Assembly: GCF_057098645.1 (NCBI RefSeq)
Contig: NZ_CM169472.1
Length of the DNA: 64,000 nucleotides
Direction: 5' to 3' (one strand)
Shown: one piece after another, positions 1 to 11,324 of the stretch
How the letters are laid out: the number at the start of each line of letters is the position of its first letter
Numbering within the stretch: the first letter of the stretch is position 1
Translations under genes and position numbers: made by a program
Notes under the pieces: model-generated
The model's database searches: none
Told to the model about the DNA's origin: nothing
The model's input: the letters and a program-made list of their open reading frames with translations, nothing else

Positions 1-883
1 CGTTGGAGGTGGTCATGTCGATGCCTTCAGCATTACCCAGGGCTTCAGTCAGGGTCATGCCGCTAAAGTCCATTTTCAGGGTGCTCTGTTTCTTCACTTC
101 ACCCATCACAAATACTTTCAGATCATCATTACGCGGCACGTAGAGAATATCGCCGGGATAAAGCAGTCGGTTCTGATTGAGGTCGCCGTTTTGCATCAGC
201 GCCTGCAAAGAAATGCGTTCTTCACGACCATTGTGTGTTAGCACCACGTTGCGCCAGTCAGCGGTGTCGGTCAGGCCACCTGCGGCGTTGATGGCGTCGA
301 GAATAGTCAGTGGTACGTTGGTGATCGCCTGTTGACCGGATTTATTCACCTGACCTGAGATATAGGCCTTTTGTGAGCGGAAGGCGGCGATATTAACGTC
401 CACCTGCGGGTCAGCGATGTACGTCGCTAAGCGCCCGGTAATATCACTGCGGATTTCAGCGAGCGTTTTCCCGACTACGTGAACCTTGCCGATATACGGG
501 TAGAACATGGTGCCGTCAGGCTGTACCCAGTTGCCGGTGTCACTGGAGCTGCGGTACTGACCGGCTGGCGTGGTGAGTTCCGGGTGATCCCAGACGGTGA
601 CATTAAGAACGTCCCCCGGCCCGACGCGATACTGGTAATTCGCGATCTCGCTTTCCAGCGTCATATTGGGGCGCGCTACGTTGGGTCGTGGACGTAATTG
701 GTCAATCAGGCGCGGGGTCAACGGATAAACATTCACCATTTTGTCGAGATCGAAATCAGCGTCCTGCTGTTTGATGACGTCTTTGCCCATCGTCGACATA
801 TTGCTGCCCGGAAGTACTGTGCAACCGCTTATCAAGGTTACTGACACCAATAATGGCATCAATTTCATTTTGGATTTCATCAT
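1..883 (-). CDS. wza: Outer-membrane polysaccharide export lipoprotein Wza, N-terminal part (gene runs off the window start)
   Basis: Minus-strand translation from ATG at 881-883 gives [17 protein letters not shown](I)SGCT... with a lipobox Cys, matching Wza; the reading frame continues to position 1. Confidence 0.85.
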   Translation of the reverse strand, partial: MMKSKMKLMPLLVSVTLISGCTVLPGSNMSTMGKDVIKQQDADFDLDKMVNVYPLTPRLIDQLRPRPNVARPNMTLESEIANYQYRVGPGDVLNVTVWDHPELTTPAGQYRSSSDTGNWVQPDGTMFYPYIGKVHVVGKTLAEIRSDITGRLATYIADPQVDVNIAAFRSQKAYISGQVNKSGQQAITNVPLTILDAINAAGGLTDTADWRNVVLTHNGREERISLQALMQNGDLNQNRLLYPGDILYVPRNDDLKVFVMGEVKKQSTLKMDFSGMTLTEALGNAEGIDMTTSN

Positions 884-1061
884 TGTTTATTTATCACTTT
901 GGCAGAGTAATTATCCTGTGCACTATTAATAGCAATGTCGCCATGCACATTTACCTTGCAGTTAATTGAATACAAATTTAACTGGCATCAGTCCTAAAAA
1001 AATTGATTTCATCCGCAGGCTATTGACAGAATAATTCAGACTGGTCTTTCAGGCATCCAGA

Positions 1062-1073
1062 CACGCTACCGCC
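1062..1073 (-). promoter_or_regulatory. ops element (GGCGGTAGCGTG) in the wza leader, RfaH recruitment site within a JUMPstart region
   Basis: Minus-strand sequence reads GGCGGTAGCGTG about 180 nt upstream of the wza start; matches the ops consensus GGCGGTAGnnTG. Confidence 0.6.
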
Positions 1074-1541
1074 CCTGGCTTTTTAGCTACCAATACACTG
1101 ATTTAGCTTAATTTTTCAAACCCTCTCTGCATACAATCGTTGATGAGAAAGGGTTATTGCGGAAATTAACTTCCGAATATAAGGTGACATTATGGTAATT
1201 GAATATTGGCTCTCCAATAATGCAGGAGGAAGTGTTACAGCTAACGGAATAGCAGGCAAGGTAACAATTCGGCAATTGGCTATTTTTAAGAATTATATTA
1301 AGTGTCATTCAATATGGTTTTTAGGAGTTTCTTTAGGTTGACAATATTTAATATTGCGTCTCCACATGCGATATTTCTTAAATAATGTTTTATTATTACC
1401 ACTTTTAATTCAGGGATAATGTGAGGTTATTACCCTCAAATAATATGAGATAAATAGTGCTGCAACATTGCATTTTTGCCCCGATTTATCCATGATCGAA
1501 TTGTGACATTTGTCATACAACGAATAGGTTTTGTACTTACT

Positions 1542-3125
1542 ATGGAATGGATTGCCGATCCGTCTATCTGGGCCGGGTTAATCACGCTGATTGTGATCGA
1601 ACTGGTCCTCGGCATTGATAACCTGGTCTTTATTGCCATCCTCGCCGAAAAACTACCGCCGAAGCAGCGCGACCGCGCACGGGTTACCGGGCTGCTGCTG
1701 GCGATGTTAATGCGCCTGTTACTGCTGGCGTCAATCTCCTGGCTGGTCACCCTGACTCAACCGCTGTTCAGCTTCCGCTCGTTTACCTTTAGCGCCCGCG
1801 ACTTAATCATGCTGTTTGGTGGTTTCTTCCTGTTGTTCAAAGCCACGATGGAGCTGAACGAACGGCTGGAAGGGAAAGACAGCAATAATCCCACACAACG
1901 CAAAGGTGCGAAGTTCTGGGGCGTGGTGACGCAAATTGTGGTACTGGACGCCATTTTCTCACTCGACTCAGTGATTACCGCCGTCGGGATGGTCGACCAT
2001 TTACTGGTCATGATGGCCGCCGTGGTTATCGCTATCAGCCTGATGTTGATGGCCAGCAAGCCGTTAACGCAATTTGTTAACAGTCACCCGACGATCGTTA
2101 TTCTCTGCTTAAGCTTCCTGTTGATGATTGGCTTTAGCCTGGTGGCAGAAGGTTTCGGCTTCGTCATTCCGAAAGGCTACCTGTACGCTGCCATTGGTTT
2201 CTCGGTGATGATCGAGGCGCTCAATCAGTTGGCTATCTTTAACCGGCGACGTTTTCTTTCCGCTAACCAGACGCTGCGCCAGCGGACTACCGAAGCGGTA
2301 ATGCGCCTGCTTAGCGGGCAAAAAGAAGATGCGGAACTGGACGCCGAAACCGCGTCCATGCTGGTGGATCATGGTAACCAGCAGATCTTTAATCCGCAGG
2401 AACGGCGGATGATTGAGCGGGTACTAAATCTTAACCAGCGTACCGTCAGCAGCATTATGACGTCGCGCCACGATATTGAGCATATCGATCTCAACGCGCC
2501 GGAAGACGAGATCCGCCAGTTGCTGGAGCGAAATCAGCATACGCGGCTGGTGGTTACCGACGGTGATGACGCAGAAGATTTGCTCGGTGTTGTTCACGTT
2601 ATCGACCTGCTACAACAGTCTCTGCGCGGCGAACCGCTCAACCTGCGGGTGTTGATTCGCCAGCCGCTGGTGTTCCCGGAAACCTTGCCGTTGTTACCTG
2701 CCCTGGAGCAGTTCCGTAATGCCCGCACGCACTTTGCTTTTGTGGTGGATGAGTTTGGCTCGGTGGAAGGGATTGTGACATTAAGTGACGTCACTGAAAC
2801 CATTGCCGGTAACTTACCGAACGAAGTGGAAGAGATCGACGCCCGCCATGATATTCAGAAGAATGCGGACGGTTCCTGGACGGCGAATGGTCATATGCCG
2901 CTGGAGGATCTGGTGCAATATGTGCCGCTGCCGCTGGATGAAAAACGTGAATATCACACCATTGCCGGGCTGTTGATGGAGTATTTGCAGCGTATTCCAA
3001 AACCTGGCGAAGAAGTTCAGGTGGGGGATTATTTGCTTAAAACGTTGCAGGTAGAAAGCCATCGCGTGCAGAAGGTGCAGATTATACCGCTGCGTAAGGA
3101 TGGCGAGATGGAGTACGAGGTGTGA
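1542..3125 (+). CDS. yegH: Inner-membrane TerC-family protein with C-terminal CBS pair and CorC/HlyC transporter-associated domain
   Basis: ORF 1476..3125; likely true start at MEWIADPS (1542). N-terminal multi-TM region with the GIDNLVF TerC-type motif, then CBS-like and CorC-like C-terminus. Confidence 0.85.
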   Translation: MEWIADPSIWAGLITLIVIELVLGIDNLVFIAILAEKLPPKQRDRARVTGLLLAMLMRLLLLASISWLVTLTQPLFSFRSFTFSARDLIMLFGGFFLLFKATMELNERLEGKDSNNPTQRKGAKFWGVVTQIVVLDAIFSLDSVITAVGMVDHLLVMMAAVVIAISLMLMASKPLTQFVNSHPTIVILCLSFLLMIGFSLVAEGFGFVIPKGYLYAAIGFSVMIEALNQLAIFNRRRFLSANQTLRQRTTEAVMRLLSGQKEDAELDAETASMLVDHGNQQIFNPQERRMIERVLNLNQRTVSSIMTSRHDIEHIDLNAPEDEIRQLLERNQHTRLVVTDGDDAEDLLGVVHVIDLLQQSLRGEPLNLRVLIRQPLVFPETLPLLPALEQFRNARTHFAFVVDEFGSVEGIVTLSDVTETIAGNLPNEVEEIDARHDIQKNADGSWTANGHMPLEDLVQYVPLPLDEKREYHTIAGLLMEYLQRIPKPGEEVQVGDYLLKTLQVESHRVQKVQIIPLRKDGEMEYEV

Positions 3126-3360
3126 TGGTATCGGTCATTTTACCCGATGCTGCGTAACGCCTTATAACTTCAGCAATGAAGCGTTGTCTGTGGTACATGG
3201 ACATCACAGCGGGGGTGTGGGCCCGGGTTGCCAGGGTGGTGGCGATTGAGCCACCCTGGCACGTTCACCGGCTTGAGCGTTCCATAGTAACGAGGAACAT
3301 CAAGTGAACGGAACAGCCTTCGATCTTACATATTCAGAATATAATGATGCCGCCACGAAC

Positions 3361-3400
3361 GCCTGATGCGACGCTTTACGCGTCTTATCAGGCCTACAGG
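3361..3400. repeat. REP (repetitive extragenic palindromic) element
   Basis: gcctgatgcgacgctttacgcgtcttatcaggcctac, the canonical E. coli REP palindrome, in the yegH-asmA intergenic region. Confidence 0.6.
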
Positions 3401-3417
3401 ACTGGTCACCTAGTAAC

Positions 3418-5271
3418 CTACATCTTCTCAAGCAACTTCTTCACATCTTTGCCATTACGGGAATCTTTATTCCGCTCGGCCCAGTCATTCAGGCGACGTT
3501 TCGCTTCGTCCTGTAGATGTTTGCGCAGTAACTGATCCACTTGCAGGCTGTAATTGAGTTGCTGCCAGTTGCCATAAACCCGCAGCGGTACTGGCGTTTC
3601 TTTCAGGAAATCAATCAGTTTGCTTTCCCCGTTCCAGCCACCCACGACCCGAATATCAAACTGGGTGTCGCAGGTTTGATCTGCCAGATTCAACATGCCT
3701 TCCCCTGTCAGCGCCAGCACAGGCGATTGACCTTGCATGTCGTTTAACGTCACGACGCCATCCTTCAACGTCAAATCGGTGGTAAAGCGGTCAAGCCGCG
3801 TCACGTTATCAAAGTTTTCAGCGGCCTTCACATCACCGCCATTACGCTCTACCGCTTGCTGAATCATCTGCTGGAAGTTCATCCCTTCCATGCGCGTGTC
3901 GGTCATTTCGACATGTGCCTGTCCTTGCCAGTTGTGGCGGAATGCGTCGGCATCTATGTCAGCACCGGAGAAATCACCAGCCAGTGACATTTTTCCGGTC
4001 AACGAAATCGGATAGTTAAACGCCTTCAGAATGGTACCAATCTCAACGTTTTCCAGCCGTGGCTGGAAGTTTATCCGCGGATTTATTGATGTCGCGTCCA
4101 GCGTGCCCGGCAGTGAAACCTGTCCACCGTTAAGCTTGCCCTGCAGTTGAGTAATTTCCAGCAAACCCGACTTGTTGGTCATTTGCGTGGCAACATCTGT
4201 AAAATTCATTCCGCGCCAGCGCACGTTACTGACCTGCAACAAAATATCAGCCGTAAAGCCTTGCAGTCCCTGATAGGCCGGTTCATCAATACGCGAAGAA
4301 ATAACCGGGCGCGGCAACGTTGATTGGCTCTGCCCCTGCTGCGCGGCACCGTTTTCACCATTCGCTGTTTCATTAAGCGGGATGAGGTTGTCAAGATTCA
4401 GTTGCGGGAATTGCAGCCTCAGCTGCCATTCCGGTTTCTCTGTCAGCGTAACCTGTGCTTGCCCGCTCAGCGTACTGTCATTGGCGGTCAAGCTGATTTG
4501 GTTAAATGAAAGGCGTTTATGTGACTCCTGCCACTGGGCCTGGAAACTCCCCTGCCCCTGAATACCTTGTTTTGGTAAATCGGCACCCTGCAACTGCCAG
4601 TTAATTTGTTCAATAGCCGCCGTTAAATCATGCGGATAATCAGAAGCATCTACCGTACCGTTAAGGGATATCGTGAGATCGCGCTGATCGCGATTAACCC
4701 GCCCGGAAAACTCAAATGAGCCACGATGTTGGGGATCTTGTTCCATTTGCAGGCGGATATTGCGGATTGTCACCTGCTCGTCATCTTCATGCTGGAACAC
4801 CAGAACGCTGTCCGCCACCTTAAGACTGGATATATCAAACGACCATCCGCGATCGTCTGACAGATCCGGCAAGGTATTGTCGCGCGGTGCAACCGGAGCG
4901 TCTTCACTGCGCACCGCTTCCGTCTGCGGCGTCAGTTGGATCACTGCCCCTTTTAGCATCACCTGCTTAACGCTCAGTTGATGACTCAGTAGTGGTAAAA
5001 GCGCCACGTCCAGACGCATGTTGTCGGCGCGAACCAGTGGCTGGCTTGCGCCCTGGGCGGTGAGAGACATTCGCCCGGAGAGGATACTAAGCTGCGGCCA
5101 GACGTGCCAACGCAGTGGCCCGTCGAGCTGCAATTGATAACCGCTACGTGCAGCAACTTGCTTGACCATATAGTCGCGGAAATCATTCGGATTCACCAGC
5201 AACACTAACGCAGATAACCCGGCCACCAGCACGACCAGGAGTATCATCAGCGTCGTCAGAAATCGTCTCAT
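3418..5271 (-). CDS. asmA: AsmA, outer-membrane assembly protein (AsmA family)
   Basis: 617-aa ORF with N-terminal signal anchor (MRRFLTTLMILLVVLVAGLSALVLL), Gln-rich middle region, overall AsmA-like. Confidence 0.9.
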   Translation of the reverse strand: MRRFLTTLMILLVVLVAGLSALVLLVNPNDFRDYMVKQVAARSGYQLQLDGPLRWHVWPQLSILSGRMSLTAQGASQPLVRADNMRLDVALLPLLSHQLSVKQVMLKGAVIQLTPQTEAVRSEDAPVAPRDNTLPDLSDDRGWSFDISSLKVADSVLVFQHEDDEQVTIRNIRLQMEQDPQHRGSFEFSGRVNRDQRDLTISLNGTVDASDYPHDLTAAIEQINWQLQGADLPKQGIQGQGSFQAQWQESHKRLSFNQISLTANDSTLSGQAQVTLTEKPEWQLRLQFPQLNLDNLIPLNETANGENGAAQQGQSQSTLPRPVISSRIDEPAYQGLQGFTADILLQVSNVRWRGMNFTDVATQMTNKSGLLEITQLQGKLNGGQVSLPGTLDATSINPRINFQPRLENVEIGTILKAFNYPISLTGKMSLAGDFSGADIDADAFRHNWQGQAHVEMTDTRMEGMNFQQMIQQAVERNGGDVKAAENFDNVTRLDRFTTDLTLKDGVVTLNDMQGQSPVLALTGEGMLNLADQTCDTQFDIRVVGGWNGESKLIDFLKETPVPLRVYGNWQQLNYSLQVDQLLRKHLQDEAKRRLNDWAERNKDSRNGKDVKKLLEKM

Positions 5272-5292
5272 GGTATCCTCAATGGGCCTGAA

Positions 5293-5874
5293 TTAGTCTT
5301 TATCGATTCGGCTGGCTACCGCGCCCTGCTGGTTGCGATATTTCGCATCTTCACGGCGGTTGTAAGGTCGCGCCGCCGGGCCGGAAAGCGGCTCAAAGCT
5401 CAGCGCACCAATTAACATGCCCGGACGCAGCGCCAGCGGCAGCTTACCGGAGTTGTAGAACTCCAGCACAATGCAACCAGACCAGCCCGGATCGATGCGG
5501 TGCGCGGTGACGTGCACCATCAGCCCCAGACGCGCCAGTGAGGAACGCCCGTCCAGCCAGCCCACCAGATCGGCTGGCAGCGTCACCGACTCCAGCGTCA
5601 CCGCCAGCGCCAGCTCTCCTGGGTGAAGATAGAACGCCTCGCCCTCGTCGAGAACGATCTCATCGCTCATCACGCGGTCAAGCGCGGCGCTCACTTCATC
5701 TTTGGGACCGCTCAGATCGATAAACGCTGCCGTGTGACCACGGAAGGTACGAAATTTATTGCCCAGGCGTACATCCACCGTCGCGCCGTTAATACGCTCC
5801 ACTGGCGGACGTGGGTTGATCGACAAACGGCCTTCATCAAGCCAGGCTTCAATATCTCGGTCACACAGACGCAT
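5293..5874 (-). CDS. dcd: dCTP deaminase
   Basis: 193-aa [15 protein letters not shown]..., dUTPase-fold dCTP deaminase. Confidence 0.9.
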
Positions 5875-5965
5875 GGCATTTTCTCCTTTCGCGCATCACT
5901 CCCTTAACGCCAATTACGTCAAGGGCATACCAGGTTATCACTGAACGGTACACAATTTATCAAGC

Positions 5966-6607
5966 TTATTCAAAGAACTGACTTATTTTCGCTTTCAATA
6001 TATCGATCGCGATGCGGTTTTTCCCGCCGCGCGGCACGATAATGTCCGCATATTGTTTAGAAGGCTCAATGAATTGCAGGAACATCGGGCGCACGGTTTT
6101 TTGATATTGCGCCATCACTGAATCCATTGAACGCCCACGCTCGTTAACGTCACGCTTGATGCGGCGCATCAGGCAGATATCCAGCGGGGTATCAACGAAA
6201 ATGGAGAAGTTAAGTTCGTCACGCAAACGCGCATCCGTCAGCAACAAAATGCCTTCGAGAATGATGACCTTCTTCGGCTCAACCGTCACCGTTTCTTTCA
6301 TACGCGTATGTTCAACATAGCTGTAAACCGGCAGGTCAATTGCCGAGCCGCGTTTCAACGCTTGTAAATGCTCAAGCAGCAGACTGTGATCCATCGCGCT
6401 GGGATGGTCGTAGTTGGTCTTAACGCGTTCTTCCATCGACAGATGGCTTTGATCTTTGTAATAGCAGTCTTCGGGAATTACGCCGATGTGTTCATCACCG
6501 ACTTGCTCACGCAATTCACGATAAAGGGTACTGGCAATAAGACTCTTGCCGGAAGCCGATGCGCCAGCGATACCGATAATGACGCACTGATGAGACTGAT
6601 CAGTCAT
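5966..6607 (-). CDS. udk: Uridine/cytidine kinase
   Basis: ORF 5966..6670; probable start at MTDQSHQC (6607) giving 213 aa; P-loop [11 protein letters not shown]. Confidence 0.9.
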
Positions 6608-6924
6608 ATATTTAGCGACCTGATTAACCTGGATGTTAGGAAGGGGGCGACGAAGCGCCAAACGCGGCAATTATAGGGATTTCATCCGTCTGATACCAGT
6701 CGAATAGCGTTGCCGCGCGCTCAGAGTTAATTGTTGACAAAGAATTCCCGGGGGCAAATTACGTTGATCAGTTTTATGTAAGGTAAAAAATGTTATACGC
6801 AGTTGCGCAAATTATCCGCCTTTACGTCACTTTATGAGCAATTCGCATATAAAATGTAAAACTTTTGTACTAGCATAAACACAGAAACGAATACTGGCGA
6901 CCAGGTCTTGCGGATAAAGCGGTA

Positions 6925-9900
6925 ATGAGCAAACAATCACAGCATGTATTAATTGCCCTGCCCCACCCGCTGCTTCACCTGGTCAGTTTAGGTTTAGTCT
7001 CGTTTATCTTTACCCTTTTCTCGCTTGAGCTTTCGCAGTTTGGCACCCAACTCGCCCCACTGTGGTTCCCGACGTCCATCATGATGGTGGCGTTTTATCG
7101 CCATGCCGGGCGCATGTGGCCGGGAATTGCGCTGAGCTGTTCGCTGGGAAATATCGCCGCATCCATCCTGCTTTTTTCCACCAGCTCGCTGAACATGACC
7201 TGGACGACCATCAATATTGTTGAAGCCGTGGTCGGGGCAGTGCTGCTACGTAAATTGCTGCCGTGGTATAACCCCTTGCAAAATCTGGCTGACTGGCTGC
7301 GTCTGGCACTCGGCAGCGCCATTGTTCCGCCTCTGTTGGGGGGTGTTCTGGTTGTCCTGCTGACGCCCGGAGACGATCCTCTCAGGGCATTTTTGATATG
7401 GGTACTGTCAGAATCCATCGGCGCTCTGGCACTGGTGCCGCTGGGATTGTTATTTAAACCACACTATCTGCTGCGCCATCGCAACCCACGGTTGCTTTTT
7501 GAGTCGCTGCTCACGTTAGCCATCACACTGACGTTAAGCTGGCTTTCGATGCTGTATCTGCCGTGGCCTTTTACTTTCATTATTGTGCTGTTGATGTGGA
7601 GCGCCGTGCGTCTGCCACGAATGGAAGCCTTTTTGATCTTCCTTACCACGGTGATGATGGTGTCGCTGATGATGGCCGCGGATCCCTCCCTGCTTGCTAC
7701 GCCGCGTACGTACCTGATGAGCCATATGCCGTGGCTACCGTTTTTGCTGATCCTGCTGCCCGCCAACATCATGACCATGGTGATGTATGCCTTTCGTGCG
7801 GAACGCAAACACATTTCCGAAAGCGAAACCCACTTTCGGAACGCGATGGAATATTCCGCTATCGGTATGGCGTTAGTGGGCACCGAGGGACAATGGCTGC
7901 AAACCAACAAAGCGCTCTGCCAGTTTCTCGGGTACAGTCAGGAAGAGCTGCGCGGACTCACCTTTCAGCAACTGACCTGGCCGGAGGATCTCAATAAAGA
8001 TCTCCAACAGGTTGAAAAGCTGATAAGCGGTGAAATAAACACCTATTCAATGGAAAAACGCTACTACAACCGCAATGGCGATGTTGTCTGGGCGTTGCTT
8101 GCCGTCTCACTGGTGCGCCACACGGATGGCACGCCGCTCTATTTTATCGCTCAGATTGAAGACATTAACGAGCTAAAACGCACCGAACAGGTCAATCAGC
8201 AACTGATGGAGCGCATCACGCTGGCTAACGAAGCGGGCGGGATTGGCATCTGGGAGTGGGAGTTGAAGCCGAATATTTTTAGCTGGGATAAGCGGATGTT
8301 CGAGCTGTATGAAATTCCTCCGCATATCAAACCGAACTGGCAGGTGTGGTACGAGTGTGTATTGCCGGAAGATCGCCAACACGCCGAAAAAGTGATTCGT
8401 GATTCGTTGCAATCACGCTCGCCCTTTAAGCTGGAATTTCGCATTGCCGTGAAAGATGGCATCCGCCATATCCGCGCCCTCGCCAACCGGGTACTGAATA
8501 AAGAAGGCGAAGTCGAACGCCTGCTCGGCATTAATATGGATATGACTGAGGTTAAACAGCTTAACGAGGCATTGTTTCAGGAAAAAGAGCGCCTGCACAT
8601 TACGCTTGATTCCATCGGTGAAGCCGTGGTCTGTATTGATATGGCGATGAAAATTACCTTTATGAATCCAGTGGCGGAGAAGATGAGCGGCTGGACGCAG
8701 GAAGAAGCGTTAGGTGTTCCGCTCCTGACGGTGTTGCATATTACTTTTGGCGACAACGGACCATTAATGGAGAACATTTACAGTGCCGACACCTCACGTT
8801 CCGCGATCGAGCAAGATGTGGTGTTGCACTGTCGGAGCGGCGGCAGTTACGACGTGCATTACTGTATTACGCCGTTAAGTACTCTGGACGGCAGCAATAT
8901 TGGTTCGGTTCTGGTGATTCAGGACGTTACCGAATCACGCAAAATGCTGCGCCAGCTGAGCTACAGCGCCTCCCATGATGCACTGACGCATCTCGCCAAC
9001 CGCGCCAGTTTTGAGAAACAACTGCGTATCCTGCTGCAAACGGTAAACAGTACACATCAGCGACATGCCCTGGTGTTTATCGATCTTGATCGCTTTAAAG
9101 CGGTGAATGACAGCGCCGGGCATGCGGCGGGTGACGCTTTGCTGCGCGAACTGGCGTCGTTAATGCTGAGTATGCTGCGTTCCAGCGACGTGCTGGCGCG
9201 ACTCGGTGGGGATGAATTTGGTCTGCTGCTACCAGACTGTAATGTTGAAAGCGCGCGTTTTATCGCTACACGCATTATCAGTGCCGTGAATGACTATCAC
9301 TTTATATGGGAAGGCCGTGTGCATCGGGTAGGTGCCAGTGCCGGGATTACCTTGATTGATGACAACAATCATCAGGCGGCAGAAGTGATGTCGCAGGCTG
9401 ATATCGCCTGTTATGCCTCCAAAAATGGTGGCCGGGGCCGGGTGACGGTTTACGAACCGCAGCAAGCTGCCGCACATAGCGAACGGGCGGCGATGTCGCT
9501 TGATGAACAGTGGCGGATGATTAAAGAGAATCAGTTGATGATGCTCGCCCACGGTGTCGCTTCGCCACGGATCCCGGAAGCGCGTAATTTGTGGCTGATT
9601 TCACTTAAGCTCTGGAGTTGCGAAGGCGAGATTATTGATGAACAAACATTTCGTCGTAGCTTCAGCGATCCGGCGCTTAGCCATGCTCTTGACCGCCGGG
9701 TATTCCACGAATTTTTCCAGCAGGCCGCAAAAGCGGTTGCCAGTAAAGGCATAAGCATCTCCCTCCCCCTTTCCGTTGCCGGTTTGAGTAGCGCCACGCT
9801 GGTGAATGATCTGCTTGAGCAGCTGGAAAATAGCCCTCTACCACCACGGTTATTACATCTGATTATTCCGGCTGAAGCGATTTTAGATCACGCAGAAAGC

Positions 9901-10242
9901 GTGCAAAAACTGCGGCTGGCGGGATGTCGGATAGTGCTCAGCCAGGTGGGCCGCGATCTGCAAATCTTCAACTCGCTGAAAGCGAATATGGCAGATTACC
10001 TGCTACTTGATGGTGAGTTATGCGCCAACGTGCAGGGTAATTTGATGGATGAGATGCTGATTACGATTATTCAGGGGCACGCTCAGCGACTCGGGATGAA
10101 AACCATCGCCGGGCCAGTCGTTTTACCCTTAGTGATGGATACGCTTTCTGGCATCGGCGTCGATCTGATTTATGGTGAGGTGATTGCCGATGCCCAACCG
10201 CTGGATTTGCTGGTGAATAGCAGTTATTTCGCGATTAACTGA
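6925..10242 (+). CDS. dgcE: Diguanylate cyclase DgcE: MASE1 membrane domain, PAS domains, GGDEF domain, C-terminal degenerate EAL-like region
   Basis: 1105-aa ORF; N-terminal multi-TM region; GGDEF motif present (RLGGDEFGLLL); long C-terminal extension. Confidence 0.9.
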   Translation: MSKQSQHVLIALPHPLLHLVSLGLVSFIFTLFSLELSQFGTQLAPLWFPTSIMMVAFYRHAGRMWPGIALSCSLGNIAASILLFSTSSLNMTWTTINIVEAVVGAVLLRKLLPWYNPLQNLADWLRLALGSAIVPPLLGGVLVVLLTPGDDPLRAFLIWVLSESIGALALVPLGLLFKPHYLLRHRNPRLLFESLLTLAITLTLSWLSMLYLPWPFTFIIVLLMWSAVRLPRMEAFLIFLTTVMMVSLMMAADPSLLATPRTYLMSHMPWLPFLLILLPANIMTMVMYAFRAERKHISESETHFRNAMEYSAIGMALVGTEGQWLQTNKALCQFLGYSQEELRGLTFQQLTWPEDLNKDLQQVEKLISGEINTYSMEKRYYNRNGDVVWALLAVSLVRHTDGTPLYFIAQIEDINELKRTEQVNQQLMERITLANEAGGIGIWEWELKPNIFSWDKRMFELYEIPPHIKPNWQVWYECVLPEDRQHAEKVIRDSLQSRSPFKLEFRIAVKDGIRHIRALANRVLNKEGEVERLLGINMDMTEVKQLNEALFQEKERLHITLDSIGEAVVCIDMAMKITFMNPVAEKMSGWTQEEALGVPLLTVLHITFGDNGPLMENIYSADTSRSAIEQDVVLHCRSGGSYDVHYCITPLSTLDGSNIGSVLVIQDVTESRKMLRQLSYSASHDALTHLANRASFEKQLRILLQTVNSTHQRHALVFIDLDRFKAVNDSAGHAAGDALLRELASLMLSMLRSSDVLARLGGDEFGLLLPDCNVESARFIATRIISAVNDYHFIWEGRVHRVGASAGITLIDDNNHQAAEVMSQADIACYASKNGGRGRVTVYEPQQAAAHSERAAMSLDEQWRMIKENQLMMLAHGVASPRIPEARNLWLISLKLWSCEGEIIDEQTFRRSFSDPALSHALDRRVFHEFFQQAAKAVASKGISISLPLSVAGLSSATLVNDLLEQLENSPLPPRLLHLIIPAEAILDHAESVQKLRLAGCRIVLSQVGRDLQIFNSLKANMADYLLLDGELCANVQGNLMDEMLITIIQGHAQRLGMKTIAGPVVLPLVMDTLSGIGVDLIYGEVIADAQPLDLLVNSSYFAIN

Positions 10243-10259
10243 GGGAGCGTTTGCCCATT

Positions 10260-10300
10260 GCCTGATGCGACGCTAACGCGTCTTATCAGGCCTACAAATC
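10260..10300. repeat. REP element
   Basis: cctgatgcgacgctaacgcgtcttatcaggcctac between dgcE and alkA. Confidence 0.6.
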
Positions 10301-10342
10301 GCTCATTCCGCAAGGCGCTCGCACCGCTTCCGGCGACCAACG

Positions 10343-11191
10343 TCATGCTTCGTCTGGCTGCCAGCCTTCCGTATACCAGATATGCAACAGCGCATAAGAA
10401 CGCCAGGGCTTCCAGCGCTCGGCATAACGGCGGATTTGCGCCGGTGTCATTCCCGGAAATCGCTGTTTAATCAGATAATCATCCGGCAGGAAAACATCTT
10501 TCGCCTGCCAGCCACGCAAAGCAAAATAATTCGCCGTCCAGCTCCCGATACCCGGAAAAGTTTGCAGCGTTTTCATCGCCTGCTCCACATCGCCCGGTAT
10601 TGTCATTGGTAAGGTGCCCTCCAGCGCCGCATTTGCCAGATGAATCAGCGCCTCTGCCCGTTTCAACGGCATACCTAACGCTTTTAATGCCTGCGGGTCT
10701 GCTGCTGCCAGCCGCTGAGGCGTGGGGAAGCAGATATACTCCGGAAAATCATCCAGCCGTTCGCCATAAAGCTGTGCCACTCTGGCGGTCAATTTTGCCG
10801 CCATCGCCACGCTCACCAGTTGGCCTAAAATCGCCCGCACGCCCTGCTCAAAAGCATCAACACTGCCGGGTAAACGCAATCCGGGCCGCGCCGCGCCTAA
10901 CTTGCCCAACGCACCGTTAACAATCTGCGGGTTACATTGCAGATCAAGCAGGCGGCTCATTTTCGCCAGACACTCAGCGGCAACGGGTTCTAAACCTACA
11001 CTTAAATTTATGTGCAGAGTATGGCGGGCTATATCCGGAACAGCAGTCACCACGCCGCGATATTCGCCCACCGCCAGACTACGGGCATAATAACTGTCCG
11101 CGACCGTTTCCACACCGCTCACCGCACGGGCGGCGAGAAATCCCAACATCCACGACCAGTCATACGGCGGCTGCCAGTTCAGGGTATACAT
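10343..11191 (-). CDS. alkA: 3-methyladenine DNA glycosylase II
   Basis: 282-aa ORF MYTLNWQPPYDWSWMLGFL..., HhH-GPD glycosylase. Confidence 0.9.
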   Translation of the reverse strand: MYTLNWQPPYDWSWMLGFLAARAVSGVETVADSYYARSLAVGEYRGVVTAVPDIARHTLHINLSVGLEPVAAECLAKMSRLLDLQCNPQIVNGALGKLGAARPGLRLPGSVDAFEQGVRAILGQLVSVAMAAKLTARVAQLYGERLDDFPEYICFPTPQRLAAADPQALKALGMPLKRAEALIHLANAALEGTLPMTIPGDVEQAMKTLQTFPGIGSWTANYFALRGWQAKDVFLPDDYLIKQRFPGMTPAQIRRYAERWKPWRSYALLHIWYTEGWQPDEA

Positions 11192-11324
11192 CGCATCTCC
11201 TTATTCATCCGCTTTCAGCATAAACGTTATTCAGACGCTACGCTTTGCTTTCATATTCCGGTTGTCGCGACGGCAACATTTCGCTAAAGTCACGCCCCTT
11301 CTTCACCGGCATGGGGATTAATTC

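Noticed and set aside
1476-1541. Upstream in-frame extensions of several genes in the ORF track (yegH from 1476, udk to 6670, mdtA from 17114, yegP from 28395, fbaB to 41325, rcnB from 49469, apbC to 56887, metG from 56980)
   Set aside because: Extensions lack coding character and recognisable protein sequence; conserved N-termini and signal peptides begin at internal ATGs, which were used for the feature coordinates.
7464-7997. 148-aa (-) and 144-aa (+) ORFs inside dgcE
   Set aside because: Out-of-frame or antisense within a long coding gene; no start-context or motif support.
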